Below, piece after piece: positions 49,643 through 60,152 of a stretch of 64,000 nt of DNA. The notes beneath the pieces were generated by a model. That model worked only from the letters and a program-made list of their open reading frames with translations. It searched no databases and was not told where the DNA came from. Both the position numbers and the translations under genes were made by a program. Source of the stretch: an uncultured delta proteobacterium (GTDB lineage Bacteria; Desulfobacterota; Syntrophia; Syntrophales; UBA2185); contig CAVOID010000011.1 of the NCBI GenBank assembly GCA_963695875.1, forward strand, positions 224,001 through 288,000. Reading direction: 5' to 3'. Position 1 is the stretch's first letter. Every line of letters starts with the position of its first letter.

Positions 49643-51256
49643 TTATCCATGATTAGAATTTTTCATATCTTCAGCATAGTCCGCGATATTCTGGCAGTGA
49701 TCAGAAATCCTCTCCATGTTGATGAGCATTTCTATAAAAACAGGACCCGCCTGTACCTGGCAGACCCCTCTGTAGAACCGTTCCTGATGTCTTTCTCTTG
49801 ACTCTTTAACCTTCTGATCCACAACTTTCTCACGCTCCGTGATTGCCCTTATTTTCACCTCATCCGTTTTATCCATAAGAGAAATGGCGTCATTGAGATT
49901 ATCTAAGACCAGTGCCACAATCTCATTCAGGTCCTCATGGCCCCACTGTGTAAATGAAATTTTCCGTTCATGTTTCTGTTGTATCAGATTGGCCAGATTG
50001 ACGGCATGATCGGCAATACTTTCAATGTCATCAACCATGGCCGAATAGGAAAAAAAGACCCTGGATAAATCCGCTGAAAGAGAATCATCGGGAACTCTGC
50101 ATAGATAACGGCCCACCTCTCTCCTCAGATTCTTGACCACCAGTTCCACATAGAGGATATCCTTTCTGACACCTTCCTTAAACTCTTTCAACAGATCCAT
50201 TGTCTTCAAAAACATACCCCGGGCAAGCACCAGTTCTCTTTTCAGCTCTTTCCTCACACACTCCAGGGCATCTTCCGCCTTTGATAAACACTTTTCATCG
50301 AGAAATTCAGGCCAGATCGGCAGTATATCCGCCTTACCGGGGAGCAGATATTCGACCAGATAGGAAAAAGGCTTGAGCAGAAAAATAAAGACAACGGCGA
50401 TCACCACATTAAACAGAAGGTGTCCATAAGCGATCTGCTGGGGTACATCGTTAGTAGTGAGTCTCAGCACCTTGATGAATACCGTTGCGGCCAAGATGCA
50501 GATCAATGCCCCAAATAGTTTAAACAGAAAGTGGGAGAGGGCGCTTCTCTTTCCGTTGATATTTGACACGAAGCCCGCCATTAGGGCAGTTACAGCGGTA
50601 CCGATATTGGCGCCATAAACGATGGGCAAGGCATTGTCGAGGGTGATCAAATTCTGCTGGGCCATAATAACCAGGATGCTGATGGGAATGGCGGAAGAGT
50701 GGATAATAAAGGCAAAAAGAAGCCCAATTAAAACCCCGGTCACCGGATTTCTTGTCTCCTGAGAAAACTGGAGGAAGGACTGACTATTTTTTAGAGGTGC
50801 TGTTGCCTCGGACACCAGGCTTAAACCAAAAAACAGCAAGCCGAAATAAAAGATCCCCTCACCGAATGATTTCCATTTCTCTTTGCCGAAAGACCACAAG
50901 AGGCCACCGATCATGATAAAAGCCGGTGCGGCATCCGTTATCTTCCAGACCACAAGTTGAACGGTAAAGGTTGTTCCGATATCGGCCCCCAGGATGATCC
51001 CCAGGGAACGATAAAAGCTCATCAGCCCGGCGCTTACCATCCCTACGGTTAAAACGGATGTGGCCGTGCTGCTTTGAAAGAGAACGGTAGTTACAATACC
51101 GGTGATCAATCCGTAGAACGGGTTTTTAACGGCAAACTGAAAATATTCACGGATACGTACATTGCTGAATTGCTGCTGTACTTCCGTACTCAATCTGATC
51201 ATTCCGTACAAAAACAGGGCTATACCGGTAGAAAATAGCAGAATCCCTTTTACCAT
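49643..51256 (-). CDS. Na+/Pi cotransporter family protein with PhoU-like C-terminus
   Basis: QSSTAT, GADIGTT, GANIGT and ERISDHCQNIA motifs. Confidence 0.92.
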   Translation of the reverse strand: MVKGILLFSTGIALFLYGMIRLSTEVQQQFSNVRIREYFQFAVKNPFYGLITGIVTTVLFQSSTATSVLTVGMVSAGLMSFYRSLGIILGADIGTTFTVQLVVWKITDAAPAFIMIGGLLWSFGKEKWKSFGEGIFYFGLLFFGLSLVSEATAPLKNSQSFLQFSQETRNPVTGVLIGLLFAFIIHSSAIPISILVIMAQQNLITLDNALPIVYGANIGTAVTALMAGFVSNINGKRSALSHFLFKLFGALICILAATVFIKVLRLTTNDVPQQIAYGHLLFNVVIAVVFIFLLKPFSYLVEYLLPGKADILPIWPEFLDEKCLSKAEDALECVRKELKRELVLARGMFLKTMDLLKEFKEGVRKDILYVELVVKNLRREVGRYLCRVPDDSLSADLSRVFFSYSAMVDDIESIADHAVNLANLIQQKHERKISFTQWGHEDLNEIVALVLDNLNDAISLMDKTDEVKIRAITEREKVVDQKVKESRERHQERFYRGVCQVQAGPVFIEMLINMERISDHCQNIADYAEDMKNSNHG

Positions 51257-51274
51257 TTCACTTACTCTCTTTAA

Positions 51275-52495
51275 TCATCCCTTCTCTTTCCTTTTATCCA
51301 ATTTTCGTTTCATAATATCGCCCAATGAACCGAGCGATGCAGGGGCTTTGTCGACATATTCGCGGTAATCTTCTCTGGACTCTTTTTCTGTCGTGTGTGA
51401 TGCATCCCCCTGTGATTCTGCTTCCGGTATGGACAGGGATATCCTTTTTTGATCACCGTCTATGGCATCAATCCGAACCTCGATGGTCTGACCCACATTC
51501 ACGGCCTCACCGGGATGAGCGATTCTCTTGCCCTTACCAAGTTTAGAGATATGTATAAGACCGTCTATTCCCGGACCAAGGTTGATAAAGGCGCCGAACT
51601 TCGTAAGACGCACCACTGTTCCCACATGAAAGGTCCCTTCGGGATATTTTGCCGGTACTTCATTCCAGGGATCGGACAATGTTTTTTTCAGGGACAAACT
51701 GATACGATTTTCCTGCCAATCAAGCCTGGTAATGGCTACATCTAACGTTTGGCCGACGGACAGACGCTCGTAAATATCCTCCACCCGATCCCAGCCGATC
51801 TCCGAGATCGGAAGGAGCCCCTGAAGACCGCCGATATCCAGAAAAGCGCCAAAATCCCTGATGGAAACGACGATTCCCTTCACGATCATCCCCTCATGCA
51901 GTTCGGATTTCCTTGCTTCTTCCTCTTTTTTCTTCTGCTCCTCCAGAATAGCCCTGCTGGATAGAATGATGTTGCGCCCCCGCTCTCCATATTCGGTAAT
52001 TCTGAAAGACAAGCGACGGCCGATATAGTCTTTCGCATTCTCAATACGCTGGAGGTCCATCTGTGAATATGGGCAGAAGCCCCGCATATCGCCTGCCAGC
52101 TTGATTTCGAACCCTCCTTTTATCTCTTTCTCTACAACACCCTCAATGGGGATCCCGCTCCGCCAGACCTCTTCTATATAGGTCCGTGCGGAATCCCCTG
52201 CACCTATCCTGGTCGTAAAAAGTTTCTCATTATGCTTCGATGACAGGAAATAGGCTGTAATAGAATCGCCCTCTTTTACGGAAAGATTGCCGCTTTCATC
52301 GGTCAATTCTTTTTTGTCGAGATAGCCTTCGCTCTTCCCTCCCAGATCGAGGAAAATCCAATCTTTGGTAATTTTGACTATGACAGCTTCAATCTTCTGC
52401 CCGGGCTTCAAAAAATCCCTGCGCACCTGGGTTTTTTCGAACAATTCCTCAAAACTTTCTCCTTCAGTTAATTCACTCTTTTTTTCTTCGACCAT
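51275..52495 (-). CDS. rpsA: 30S ribosomal protein S1-like, four S1 domains
   Basis: DLGGKSEG, GFCPYSQ, FGAFLDIGGLQGLLPISEI and FGAFINL..GIDGLIHISKL. Confidence 0.85.
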   Translation of the reverse strand: MVEEKKSELTEGESFEELFEKTQVRRDFLKPGQKIEAVIVKITKDWIFLDLGGKSEGYLDKKELTDESGNLSVKEGDSITAYFLSSKHNEKLFTTRIGAGDSARTYIEEVWRSGIPIEGVVEKEIKGGFEIKLAGDMRGFCPYSQMDLQRIENAKDYIGRRLSFRITEYGERGRNIILSSRAILEEQKKKEEEARKSELHEGMIVKGIVVSIRDFGAFLDIGGLQGLLPISEIGWDRVEDIYERLSVGQTLDVAITRLDWQENRISLSLKKTLSDPWNEVPAKYPEGTFHVGTVVRLTKFGAFINLGPGIDGLIHISKLGKGKRIAHPGEAVNVGQTIEVRIDAIDGDQKRISLSIPEAESQGDASHTTEKESREDYREYVDKAPASLGSLGDIMKRKLDKRKEKG

Positions 52496-52552
52496 GTGCC
52501 ACTTTTCCTATTCTTAATCTATGTAATTACGTATGGCTGAATTTTTTTGATG

Positions 52553-52624
52553 TTATCCACGAAAAAGACCCAGGCATGTATCAATGACACCTGCATCATA
52601 AACTGTTCTCTTTTATTTTTCAAT
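52553..52624 (-). pseudogene. Eroded HD-GYP C-terminal fragment
   Basis: IEK*KRTVYDAGVIDTCLGLFRG*, similar to the 16685 fragment. Confidence 0.45.
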
Positions 52625-52727
52625 TGTATAAAGCCTCGGTGATTTAGATTTTATCCACTTTCTAAACTTTCGCATGACTTTTTCAAGATCGATTAAAAAT
52701 AAATCTGAGAAGCGGGATGGTTCTTGC

Positions 52728-52758
52728 AAAAAAGAAGGGGAGACTTGAGGTCTCCCCT
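52728..52758 (-). terminator. Intrinsic terminator
   Basis: Stem AGGGGAGAC/GTCTCCCCT followed on the minus strand by TCTTTTTT. Confidence 0.7.
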
Positions 52759-52863
52759 AGTTAAGGAGGGATGGAGGGATGTTTCAACCTTATGAGTTTT
52801 GTGTATCCTATCAGTTAATCATGCTTGTTTTAACCGATTATATGACAGCAAACAAAGAGTCTC

Positions 52864-53019
52864 TTAATCCCGATGGAACTTAACTTCCATCATGAGCAGA
52901 ACAATGCCGACAAGAAATAAAACAGCGAGTATTATACTTTCTGGTGTATTGAGCGGGGCCTGGTGAGGGTGAAATTCTGCAAGCAGCGCCATGATCTGCG
53001 TTGATATCAATGTTTCCAT
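52864..53019 (-). CDS. Small membrane protein (51 aa), not in the ORF track
   Basis: AAGGAG RBS; METLISTQ...ESIILAVLFLVGIVLLMMEVKFHRD*. Confidence 0.5.
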   Translation of the reverse strand: METLISTQIMALLAEFHPHQAPLNTPESIILAVLFLVGIVLLMMEVKFHRD

Positions 53020-53243
53020 ATCGATGCTCCTTCTGTCACAGGGAAGACATGTTGATAATGTTGCTTTGGTTTAACCTTAACGACATGCCGGGAAAAATGC
53101 TGTGACATCGATCACAAAAAATTTATTTATTATCGTTGCATCACGATAAAGAATGACTTTCTCATGATGATAGATTTTCCTGTGGCAAAATTCTTTTAAT
53201 GATGTAATATACCGCCGAGGAAAGAAGAAAAAGCAACTTATAA

Positions 53244-55145
53244 ATGAGTCGGGGAAATGCATCAGCAGGATGTAAAGTGAAAGCAGAAAAATCTCAAGGT
53301 AGTCAGGCAGAGGAATTGCATAAGGAGAATCCACCGCAGATTCTGGTCGTTGATGATTTTCCGGATATTCTGAATTTGCTGACGGAAATTCTTACCTACT
53401 ATGGCTATCAGGTTCGCTCTGCCTCCAGCGGGCACATGGCTTTGAAATCGGCGGCAGTTGATCCGCCGGACTTGATCCTGCTGGATGTAAAATTACCGGA
53501 TATGAGCGGCTATGAGGTATGTCGTCATTTGAAGTCCAACGAAGAGAGTCGCAGAATTCCTGTGATGTTTATAAGCGGCCTTGATGAAACCGTTGAAAAA
53601 ATCAAGGGCTTTGAAGCAGGGGGTATTGACTACATCACCAAGCCGTTTCAGGCAGCGGAGGTTTTGGCGCGGGTTGAAACGCACTTGGCTCTGCATCGCG
53701 TGCAAAAGCAACTGGAGGAGCAAAATATCCGACTCCAGCAGGAAATCGCCGAGCGCGAGCGGGCCGAAAGGGATTTGAGAAAGCACGAAGCCAGCCTGGA
53801 AGAAATTGTTGCCGAGCGCACTGCAAAACTTAGCGTTATCAACGAGGAACTGCAAGGGGAGATAGCCGAACGTAAGCAGGTGGAAGAAGCACTGCGGAAA
53901 TCGGAGGAGAAATATCGCTCCCTGGCAACCACTGCGGATTTAATGTACCTCGTGGATAGGAATTACAGGTATCTGTTAATTAATGAAGGACATCGATCGA
54001 GGCTGGGCATCCCATTGGACAGGGTCATAGGTAAGCATTATGGCGAGTTCCATTCCGAGAAGGCCACAAAGCACTTTGTCGAGATAATTGATCGCGTATT
54101 CGAAACAGGAATATCAGTCATCCAGCATGAATATAAAAGTGATAGAGATGGGCGTTATTTCCTGCAAACGTTCAGTCCCGTTACAGATCATGATGGAAAA
54201 ACAACAATGGCTGTAACAGTGGTGTCAAAAGATATCACGGAACGTAAACTGGCGGAGAAAGCACTTCAAGAGAGTGAGGAACTTTACCGTCTTCTGGCTG
54301 AGAAGTCGTTCGCCGGTGTCTATGTGCTGCAGAATGGAAAATTTTGTTTCTTCAATTTTCATGCAGCCTCTTATACCGGGTACACTCCGGAGGAACTGGT
54401 TGGAATGGAATCGATGAGTCTTGTCCATCCTGAAGATAGGGCGCAGCTTAGAAAGAATGTCACGGATATGCTTCATGGAGAGCGGACTTTGCCGTACGAG
54501 TTCAGATTAATAACCAAGGAAGGGCAAATCAGATGGTTAATGGAAACGGTAACTCCCATCCTATGGGAAGGGAAACGTGCCATTCTGGGGAATTGCATGG
54601 ATCTCTCAGAGCGCAAGAAGATGGAGGAAGAGATACATTCTCTCTCGATTACCGATCCTCTGACAGGTTTGCATAACAGGCGGGGTTTTTTAACCCTTGC
54701 GGAGCACCAATTGAAAATATCTAACCGGGGTGAGGGAGGTATGTTGCTCTTTTTTGCTGACCTTGATGGGATGAAGTGGATTAACGATACGCTGGGCCAT
54801 GAAGAGGGTGACAGGGCACTTATTGATGTGGCTGTGATGTTCAAGGAGACCTTCAGAGCCTCAGACATCATTGCCCGCGTCGGTGGAGACGAATTTGCGA
54901 TTCTCACGATAGATACCTCTGGAATATCTCCCGAAATTATCATGGCAAGATTGAAGGATCAGATTGATAAGCACAACAGCGAAAAAGGCCGCCGTTACAA
55001 AATCTCAATAAGCATGGGCACAGCATACTACAATCCTGAAAACCCCTGCTCTCTTGATGAGCTCATATCACGTGCAGATAAATTAATGTACGATCAAAAG
55101 AAAAGTAAAAGTCAAAGCAGGCTCACATCGGATGAAGCAGCTTAG
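53244..55145 (+). CDS. REC-PAS-PAS-GGDEF diguanylate cyclase
   Basis: ILVVDD, LLDVKLP and KPF in REC; VHPED in PAS; DPLTGLHNRR, RASD I-site and GGDEF; start uncertain. Confidence 0.93.
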   Translation: MSRGNASAGCKVKAEKSQGSQAEELHKENPPQILVVDDFPDILNLLTEILTYYGYQVRSASSGHMALKSAAVDPPDLILLDVKLPDMSGYEVCRHLKSNEESRRIPVMFISGLDETVEKIKGFEAGGIDYITKPFQAAEVLARVETHLALHRVQKQLEEQNIRLQQEIAERERAERDLRKHEASLEEIVAERTAKLSVINEELQGEIAERKQVEEALRKSEEKYRSLATTADLMYLVDRNYRYLLINEGHRSRLGIPLDRVIGKHYGEFHSEKATKHFVEIIDRVFETGISVIQHEYKSDRDGRYFLQTFSPVTDHDGKTTMAVTVVSKDITERKLAEKALQESEELYRLLAEKSFAGVYVLQNGKFCFFNFHAASYTGYTPEELVGMESMSLVHPEDRAQLRKNVTDMLHGERTLPYEFRLITKEGQIRWLMETVTPILWEGKRAILGNCMDLSERKKMEEEIHSLSITDPLTGLHNRRGFLTLAEHQLKISNRGEGGMLLFFADLDGMKWINDTLGHEEGDRALIDVAVMFKETFRASDIIARVGGDEFAILTIDTSGISPEIIMARLKDQIDKHNSEKGRRYKISISMGTAYYNPENPCSLDELISRADKLMYDQKKSKSQSRLTSDEAA

Positions 55146-55221
55146 AATAAAACTTACCTTTAGGTTTCTCCAATCTCTTGTCTATTAGCTCATTGACTGA
55201 AAACGTTAACCGGAAAACCCA

Positions 55222-55482
55222 ATGGGGCAGTTTAGAGCGATCATGAAAAAAAATCTGGACGATTATAGGAAAGAGATGAAAATACGAGAGGCAAAGCCCG
55301 AGTCGCTGCATAAAAGAGTGACTTCAGAAGACAATCGTGTTAATTACCAAAAGAGAGAAGGGCGTTTCATGGCCCTGTTTTCTGATAAATGGGTCAAATT
55401 GATGCCTGGGTTGATGGCTATTCTTTTGGCTGTTCTCACTCTTATTTTTCTCATAATTTCTGAAGTCCTGAAAAAAGACTGA
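55222..55482 (+). CDS. Small hypothetical protein with C-terminal TM
   Basis: ORF with a hydrophobic tail. Confidence 0.4.
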   Translation: MGQFRAIMKKNLDDYRKEMKIREAKPESLHKRVTSEDNRVNYQKREGRFMALFSDKWVKLMPGLMAILLAVLTLIFLIISEVLKKD

Positions 55483-55748
55483 GTATTGATATATCTGATA
55501 AATTGAAAATAATCGTTGTAATAATCATAGTCGTATTGCTTATAATTCTTCTACGGCTGAAAAAAGGCGGTAATTGAATCGTTCGATCAAATTCAATTCA
55601 TCATTTCCCAATCCGGGCTTTTTTGATGATTACTCTTCGAGATGTTGTTTTGCTGAATCTACGAATCTGTATAGTATGCGCAGTCAAATCAATAACCGCT
55701 TAGCTCATCCCGGGAAAACAGTATCAATTCAATAAGAGTGGTAAGTTT

Positions 55749-56951
55749 ATGGAACGAAGGGAATTTCTGAAGGTTGTAGCAGGGGTGTCGGCAATGGCAC
55801 TTTGTTCGTGCACAGGTGACGCGGATAAATCTCAGTCTCACCAAAGGGACAGGATGCTTAAAGCAGGACATGATACAAAAGTATTTCTGGCTGGGGTAAA
55901 TGGTGGAGCTTCCGAACAGGAAGTAAAATCGGCAGTTCGTGCTGCAGCCGAAGCAGCCACGGATTTTTCCTGGTTGTCCAAAGGCGATTCTGTGTTCATA
56001 AAACCTGCCCTTAATTCAGGTTACCCCTATCCGGCCACAACGAGTCCCGTAGCTATCGGAGCTATGGTCGAACTCCTCAAGAAGAAGGGAGCGCGTCGGG
56101 TGATTGTGGGAGATATGTCCGGCATCGAACACGTAAAACTTACACCACAGGGACTCTCCGGAAGCACCCGCCAGTTGATGGATGCAGCCGGCATGACCAA
56201 AATTGTCCAGGCGGCAGGTGCGGAAATACACTTTTTTGAAGAAGCCGGATGGAACGCCTTTTATGAAGACATACCGGCCATAGGCTCCCACTGGAAGCGC
56301 GGTCTGATGATGCCTGTTATACTTAAGGATGTTGACCACATTATCCTCATGCCTCGTTGCAGCCGCCATGTGCTTACGGGAAGCACACTGGGGCTAAAGG
56401 CTGCTGTAGGCTATTGGCGAACCGACACAAGACTGGAATACCATCGGGATGCGCATACCTTACAGGAGAAGACAGGTGAAGGCAATACTGTTGAAACCTT
56501 GGGCAATAAGCAGCGGCTGGTGCTGACCGCGGCAGATAAGATACTCACAACATTCGGTCCTGATCGGGGCCATGTTTACCAGCCGGAGAATGGACTGATA
56601 ATCGCGACGGAGTCGGTGATAGCACACGACATGGTGTCTCTGGCCTGGCTTCTGGATAACAAACGTCATATCTCACCATCGGGAGTGGATGAGTTTGTGG
56701 ACAGCAGTCAGTTGGTAGCAGGGCTCGGCAATCGCTGGGTTGTCAGCAAATTGGGTGGATGGGGATCGGCCATGGCCTCCGAAAGATTGACCAAAAACAA
56801 ACTCAATACCATCTGGGATGATCGGGTTCTCAACCATGCGTACCGGGTCTTCGGCGGTGTGCCTAAAATTATTCTTGAAGCAGCAAATGGAGCCATCCAG
56901 GAAGATTTGAAAAAGCGACTGGGTGAGATGACCACCTTTTCCGCCGGTTGA
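55749..56951 (+). CDS. DUF362-domain protein with Tat/lipoprotein signal
   Basis: MERREFLK...LCSC; VFIKP, TTSP and TLGLK motifs. Confidence 0.8.
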   Translation: MERREFLKVVAGVSAMALCSCTGDADKSQSHQRDRMLKAGHDTKVFLAGVNGGASEQEVKSAVRAAAEAATDFSWLSKGDSVFIKPALNSGYPYPATTSPVAIGAMVELLKKKGARRVIVGDMSGIEHVKLTPQGLSGSTRQLMDAAGMTKIVQAAGAEIHFFEEAGWNAFYEDIPAIGSHWKRGLMMPVILKDVDHIILMPRCSRHVLTGSTLGLKAAVGYWRTDTRLEYHRDAHTLQEKTGEGNTVETLGNKQRLVLTAADKILTTFGPDRGHVYQPENGLIIATESVIAHDMVSLAWLLDNKRHISPSGVDEFVDSSQLVAGLGNRWVVSKLGGWGSAMASERLTKNKLNTIWDDRVLNHAYRVFGGVPKIILEAANGAIQEDLKKRLGEMTTFSAG

Positions 56952-57085
56952 TGAACAGGTGGATTCTTCATCTTCAGGATTAACTTGTTCCTTGATTTCA
57001 AATTTCCATTGTTCTACTCTGATTTGGACAAATCGACTAATAGCGAAAATATGTCGAAATAAAACAGATTCAAGGGGCCCCTGCT

Positions 57086-57823
57086 TTGGCGATTTCCTCT
57101 CAGTCATTCCCTACCTGGCTGACCTCGTGGATGCAAACACAGAAAATTCTGCTCTGGGGCGCCGCAGACCTCCGCGGGTTCTCCACACCTGATGATGCAA
57201 CAGGGCAGGGATTTCCATTCGCCATTTCATGGGCTGTTCCCATGAACCCCCTGATTATGGCTGGTATTAGACACGGCCCGAACCAAGCCTATGCTGATGA
57301 GTATGCCGGGATGAACTCCCTTATCAACGACCTGGCAGAGAAGCTGGCAGCCGAGATCAGGGCACGGGGCTTTAGAGCCGAACCGTTGGCTGCTTCTGAA
57401 CGCACCGATTCCGTAAATATCAAGGGGGACTTTCCACACAAAACCGCGGCCACCCGTGCAGGCCTGGGTTGGATCGGCCGCCACTGCCAGCTTATAACCC
57501 GCAAGTATGGCTCGTGGATTCGCCTGGGGACCGTTTTCACAGATATGAAACTCCCCTGTGGACCGCCGGTAGAGCGTAACTTTTGCGGCCGCTGCACCCG
57601 CTGCGTTGATGCGTGCCCTGCCGGGGCATTGAAAGGAATGGCCTGGTATCCGGGACTGCCGCGTGATGATATTTTGGATGTCCATGCATGCGATAGTTGG
57701 AAAAAAGAACACTACTTCCAGTACCACAGGGGGCACACCTGCGGCATTTGCTCGGCAGTGTGTCCTTATGGTTTGAAAGTGTTAAAAACGAAGCCGACTA
57801 TAAAATCAGATGTACATAATTGA
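57086..57823 (+). CDS. Epoxyqueuosine reductase-like 4Fe-4S protein
   Basis: HKTAATRAGLGWIG, CGRCTRCVDACP and CGICSAVCP. Confidence 0.85.
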   Translation: MAISSQSFPTWLTSWMQTQKILLWGAADLRGFSTPDDATGQGFPFAISWAVPMNPLIMAGIRHGPNQAYADEYAGMNSLINDLAEKLAAEIRARGFRAEPLAASERTDSVNIKGDFPHKTAATRAGLGWIGRHCQLITRKYGSWIRLGTVFTDMKLPCGPPVERNFCGRCTRCVDACPAGALKGMAWYPGLPRDDILDVHACDSWKKEHYFQYHRGHTCGICSAVCPYGLKVLKTKPTIKSDVHN

Positions 57824-57858
57824 TGAACACAACCTGCGATGCCTCGATCACAAACACC

Positions 57859-59190
57859 CTATACTCTTAGAATGAAAGCCCCAATTAAATAACCAATAAC
57901 CGTCGCGCTTCCGACGCCGATGAGTCCCGGAATCATGAAGCTGTGATTCAGGATGTATTTGCCTATGCGCGTCGTGCCGGTACGGTCGAAGTTGATGGCG
58001 GAAAGATCGCTCGGATAAAAACAGAAAAAGAAATAGGCGTAGCACGCAGGAATCATACCTATCAGGAGATTGATGGGAATGCCGAGCACAAAACCAACCG
58101 GGACCATGATAAGAAGTGTTGCCGCCTGGCTTTTCACGAATGCCGAAACAATAAACATCGAGACTGCAAAAAGCCATGAGAAGTGACTGACCATCGCCTG
58201 CATATTGCTGACCAGCTCTGTTTTATGCGCGTCGATAAAGGTATCGCTCATCCAGGCTATGCCCATAATGGCGAGCACCGCCGCCATTCCTGCTGTGAAA
58301 ATGGAAGACGAAGCGATCTGCGCGGCCTTCACTCGCGTGTAAAGCAAAAGGACAGCGCCTGTGGAAAGCATGACAATCTGTACGATGATCGTCATAGATA
58401 CCGGCTTACCCTCAACGATAGGGGCCAGCCTGAAAATGGCGATAAGAACAATTGTGACAACTCCTAAGAAAAATAGCAGAACCGACCGCTTGGCCTTCTT
58501 GGAAATGCTTTCGTCGAGCAACGTCGCGCCTTCATCCAACTGGCAGCGGAATCCCTCGTCTTTCATCCGCTCCTGAAACTCCTCATCTTTGTCGAGGTCT
58601 TTGCCGCGCCTGAGGCTCCAGAGTGCGGCGAGAAAAACGCCGATTGCAGTCGAGGGAATTGTGACACAGAGAATATTGAACAAAGTAACAGTGTGCCCCG
58701 CCTTCAGGGCCATGGCAAGAAAGCTTGTTACTGCCGCAGCAATCGGGCTTGCGGTGATGCCCATCTGCGATGCAATGGAGGACACGGCCATCGGCCGTTC
58801 CGGCCGTATGCCCGTCTTGTAGGCAACGTCGGCGATAATCGGCTGCAACAGATAGACCGAATGGCCGGTTCCGACAGACATGGTCAGCACGTAAGTGCAA
58901 AGAGGCGCAAGAAAAGTGATATACTTGGGATGCCTGCGGAGCAGCTTTTCTGCCAACTGTACCATGTATGTCAAACCGCCTGCTGCATGGAGGGTGGCGG
59001 ATGCCGCGACAACGGCCACGATGATGAGCATGACATCGATCGGCGGAGAGCCCGGTTTCATACCGAAAGCAAAGGTGAAGACGGTCACGCCGGCGCCGCC
59101 GATAAGGCCCAGGCCAACACCACCGACGCGGATTCCAATATAGATTGCTAATAAGAGAATTCCAAAGTGTACCCAAAACATATCAGACAC
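57859..59190 (-). CDS. Anaerobic C4-dicarboxylate transporter (DcuA/DcuB family)
   Basis: GIRPERP, ITASP, SQAAT and FDRTGTTRIGKYILNHSF motifs. Confidence 0.93.
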   Translation of the reverse strand: MSDMFWVHFGILLLAIYIGIRVGGVGLGLIGGAGVTVFTFAFGMKPGSPPIDVMLIIVAVVAASATLHAAGGLTYMVQLAEKLLRRHPKYITFLAPLCTYVLTMSVGTGHSVYLLQPIIADVAYKTGIRPERPMAVSSIASQMGITASPIAAAVTSFLAMALKAGHTVTLFNILCVTIPSTAIGVFLAALWSLRRGKDLDKDEEFQERMKDEGFRCQLDEGATLLDESISKKAKRSVLLFFLGVVTIVLIAIFRLAPIVEGKPVSMTIIVQIVMLSTGAVLLLYTRVKAAQIASSSIFTAGMAAVLAIMGIAWMSDTFIDAHKTELVSNMQAMVSHFSWLFAVSMFIVSAFVKSQAATLLIMVPVGFVLGIPINLLIGMIPACYAYFFFCFYPSDLSAINFDRTGTTRIGKYILNHSFMIPGLIGVGSATVIGYLIGAFILRV

Positions 59191-59363
59191 CTCCTTGTGC
59201 AGTATAAGGTCATATATATGAGATTATAAATCCAAGTTCAGAAACTGCTATTAGCGTAAAGAAATTATTAGCACGAATCAGGCAGAAAAGTAAACCTATT
59301 GATTGGTCAAAATGTCTTCCAATGATGGAAGGTTATGTACCGCTATATTCTTTTCATAGTTTT

Positions 59364-59441
59364 TGAATCCGGCAGCGAGCGCATTCCCCGCAGTTTACTG
59401 CGGAGATTCAAATACTGGGTTCCTGCTTTCGCAGCAATGAC
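59364..59441. repeat. Dispersed palindromic repeat, copy 3, plus an adjacent REP-like half
   Basis: TGAATCCGGCAGCGAGCGCATTCCCCG identical to copy 2, then CCGCAGTTTACTGCGG and TTCAA. Confidence 0.75.
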
Positions 59442-59600
59442 AAGACGACTGATTTTAACTTATTTATCGGAACATTTTAACGTTCCATTTTCACATGATT
59501 TGTGGTACTTATTTCTATATTTTCCCAAGATACGTTTTGGGCATTAAACGTTTCAAACATTTTCCTTACTTGAAAGAATCCATGAGAGGAGACGACAAGA

Positions 59601-60104
59601 ATGAAGTTCAATAGACCTATAGTAGCAATCTTCATTTGCTTCTTGATTGTAACCTCGGTGAATGCCCAGCAGCGAGGAACTCCTATCGAAGCGAAGAAAC
59701 TGGTAGAGCAAGCCGTCGCGTACGTGAAAGCAAACGGCGAGGAGAAGGCATTGAAGGAATTCAGTACTCCCAGGGGCAAGTTCTTCAAGGAAGAAGAGTA
59801 TCTCTTTGGTTATGACCTGAAAGAAGTTTTGAAGGATGACCTGTATGTCTTTGCCTACGACTTGAAAGGAGTCCTGATGGCTAATCCGATGGCTCCAAAG
59901 CTCGTCGGCAAGAATCTCTACAATGAGCCGGACAGCAAGGGAAAGCTATTCAGGAAGGAAATTGTTGATCTTACCAACAGCCGTGGTTCAGGATGGGTAG
60001 ACTATACCTATATGAACCCCGTGACCAAACAGGAAGAAACCAAGATCACCTACTGCCAAAAGACAGGCAATCTAATAGTTTGCTGCGGTGCCTACCTGCC
60101 ATAG
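59601..60104 (+). CDS. Secreted single Cache domain protein
   Basis: Signal peptide (VNA); LYVFAYD, DSKGK.F and GSGWVDY...NP motifs. Confidence 0.9.
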   Translation: MKFNRPIVAIFICFLIVTSVNAQQRGTPIEAKKLVEQAVAYVKANGEEKALKEFSTPRGKFFKEEEYLFGYDLKEVLKDDLYVFAYDLKGVLMANPMAPKLVGKNLYNEPDSKGKLFRKEIVDLTNSRGSGWVDYTYMNPVTKQEETKITYCQKTGNLIVCCGAYLP

Positions 60105-60152
60105 GAAAAACTGAACCTGCATGCAGGTAGTCACTCAGGAGGGATAGAATTT

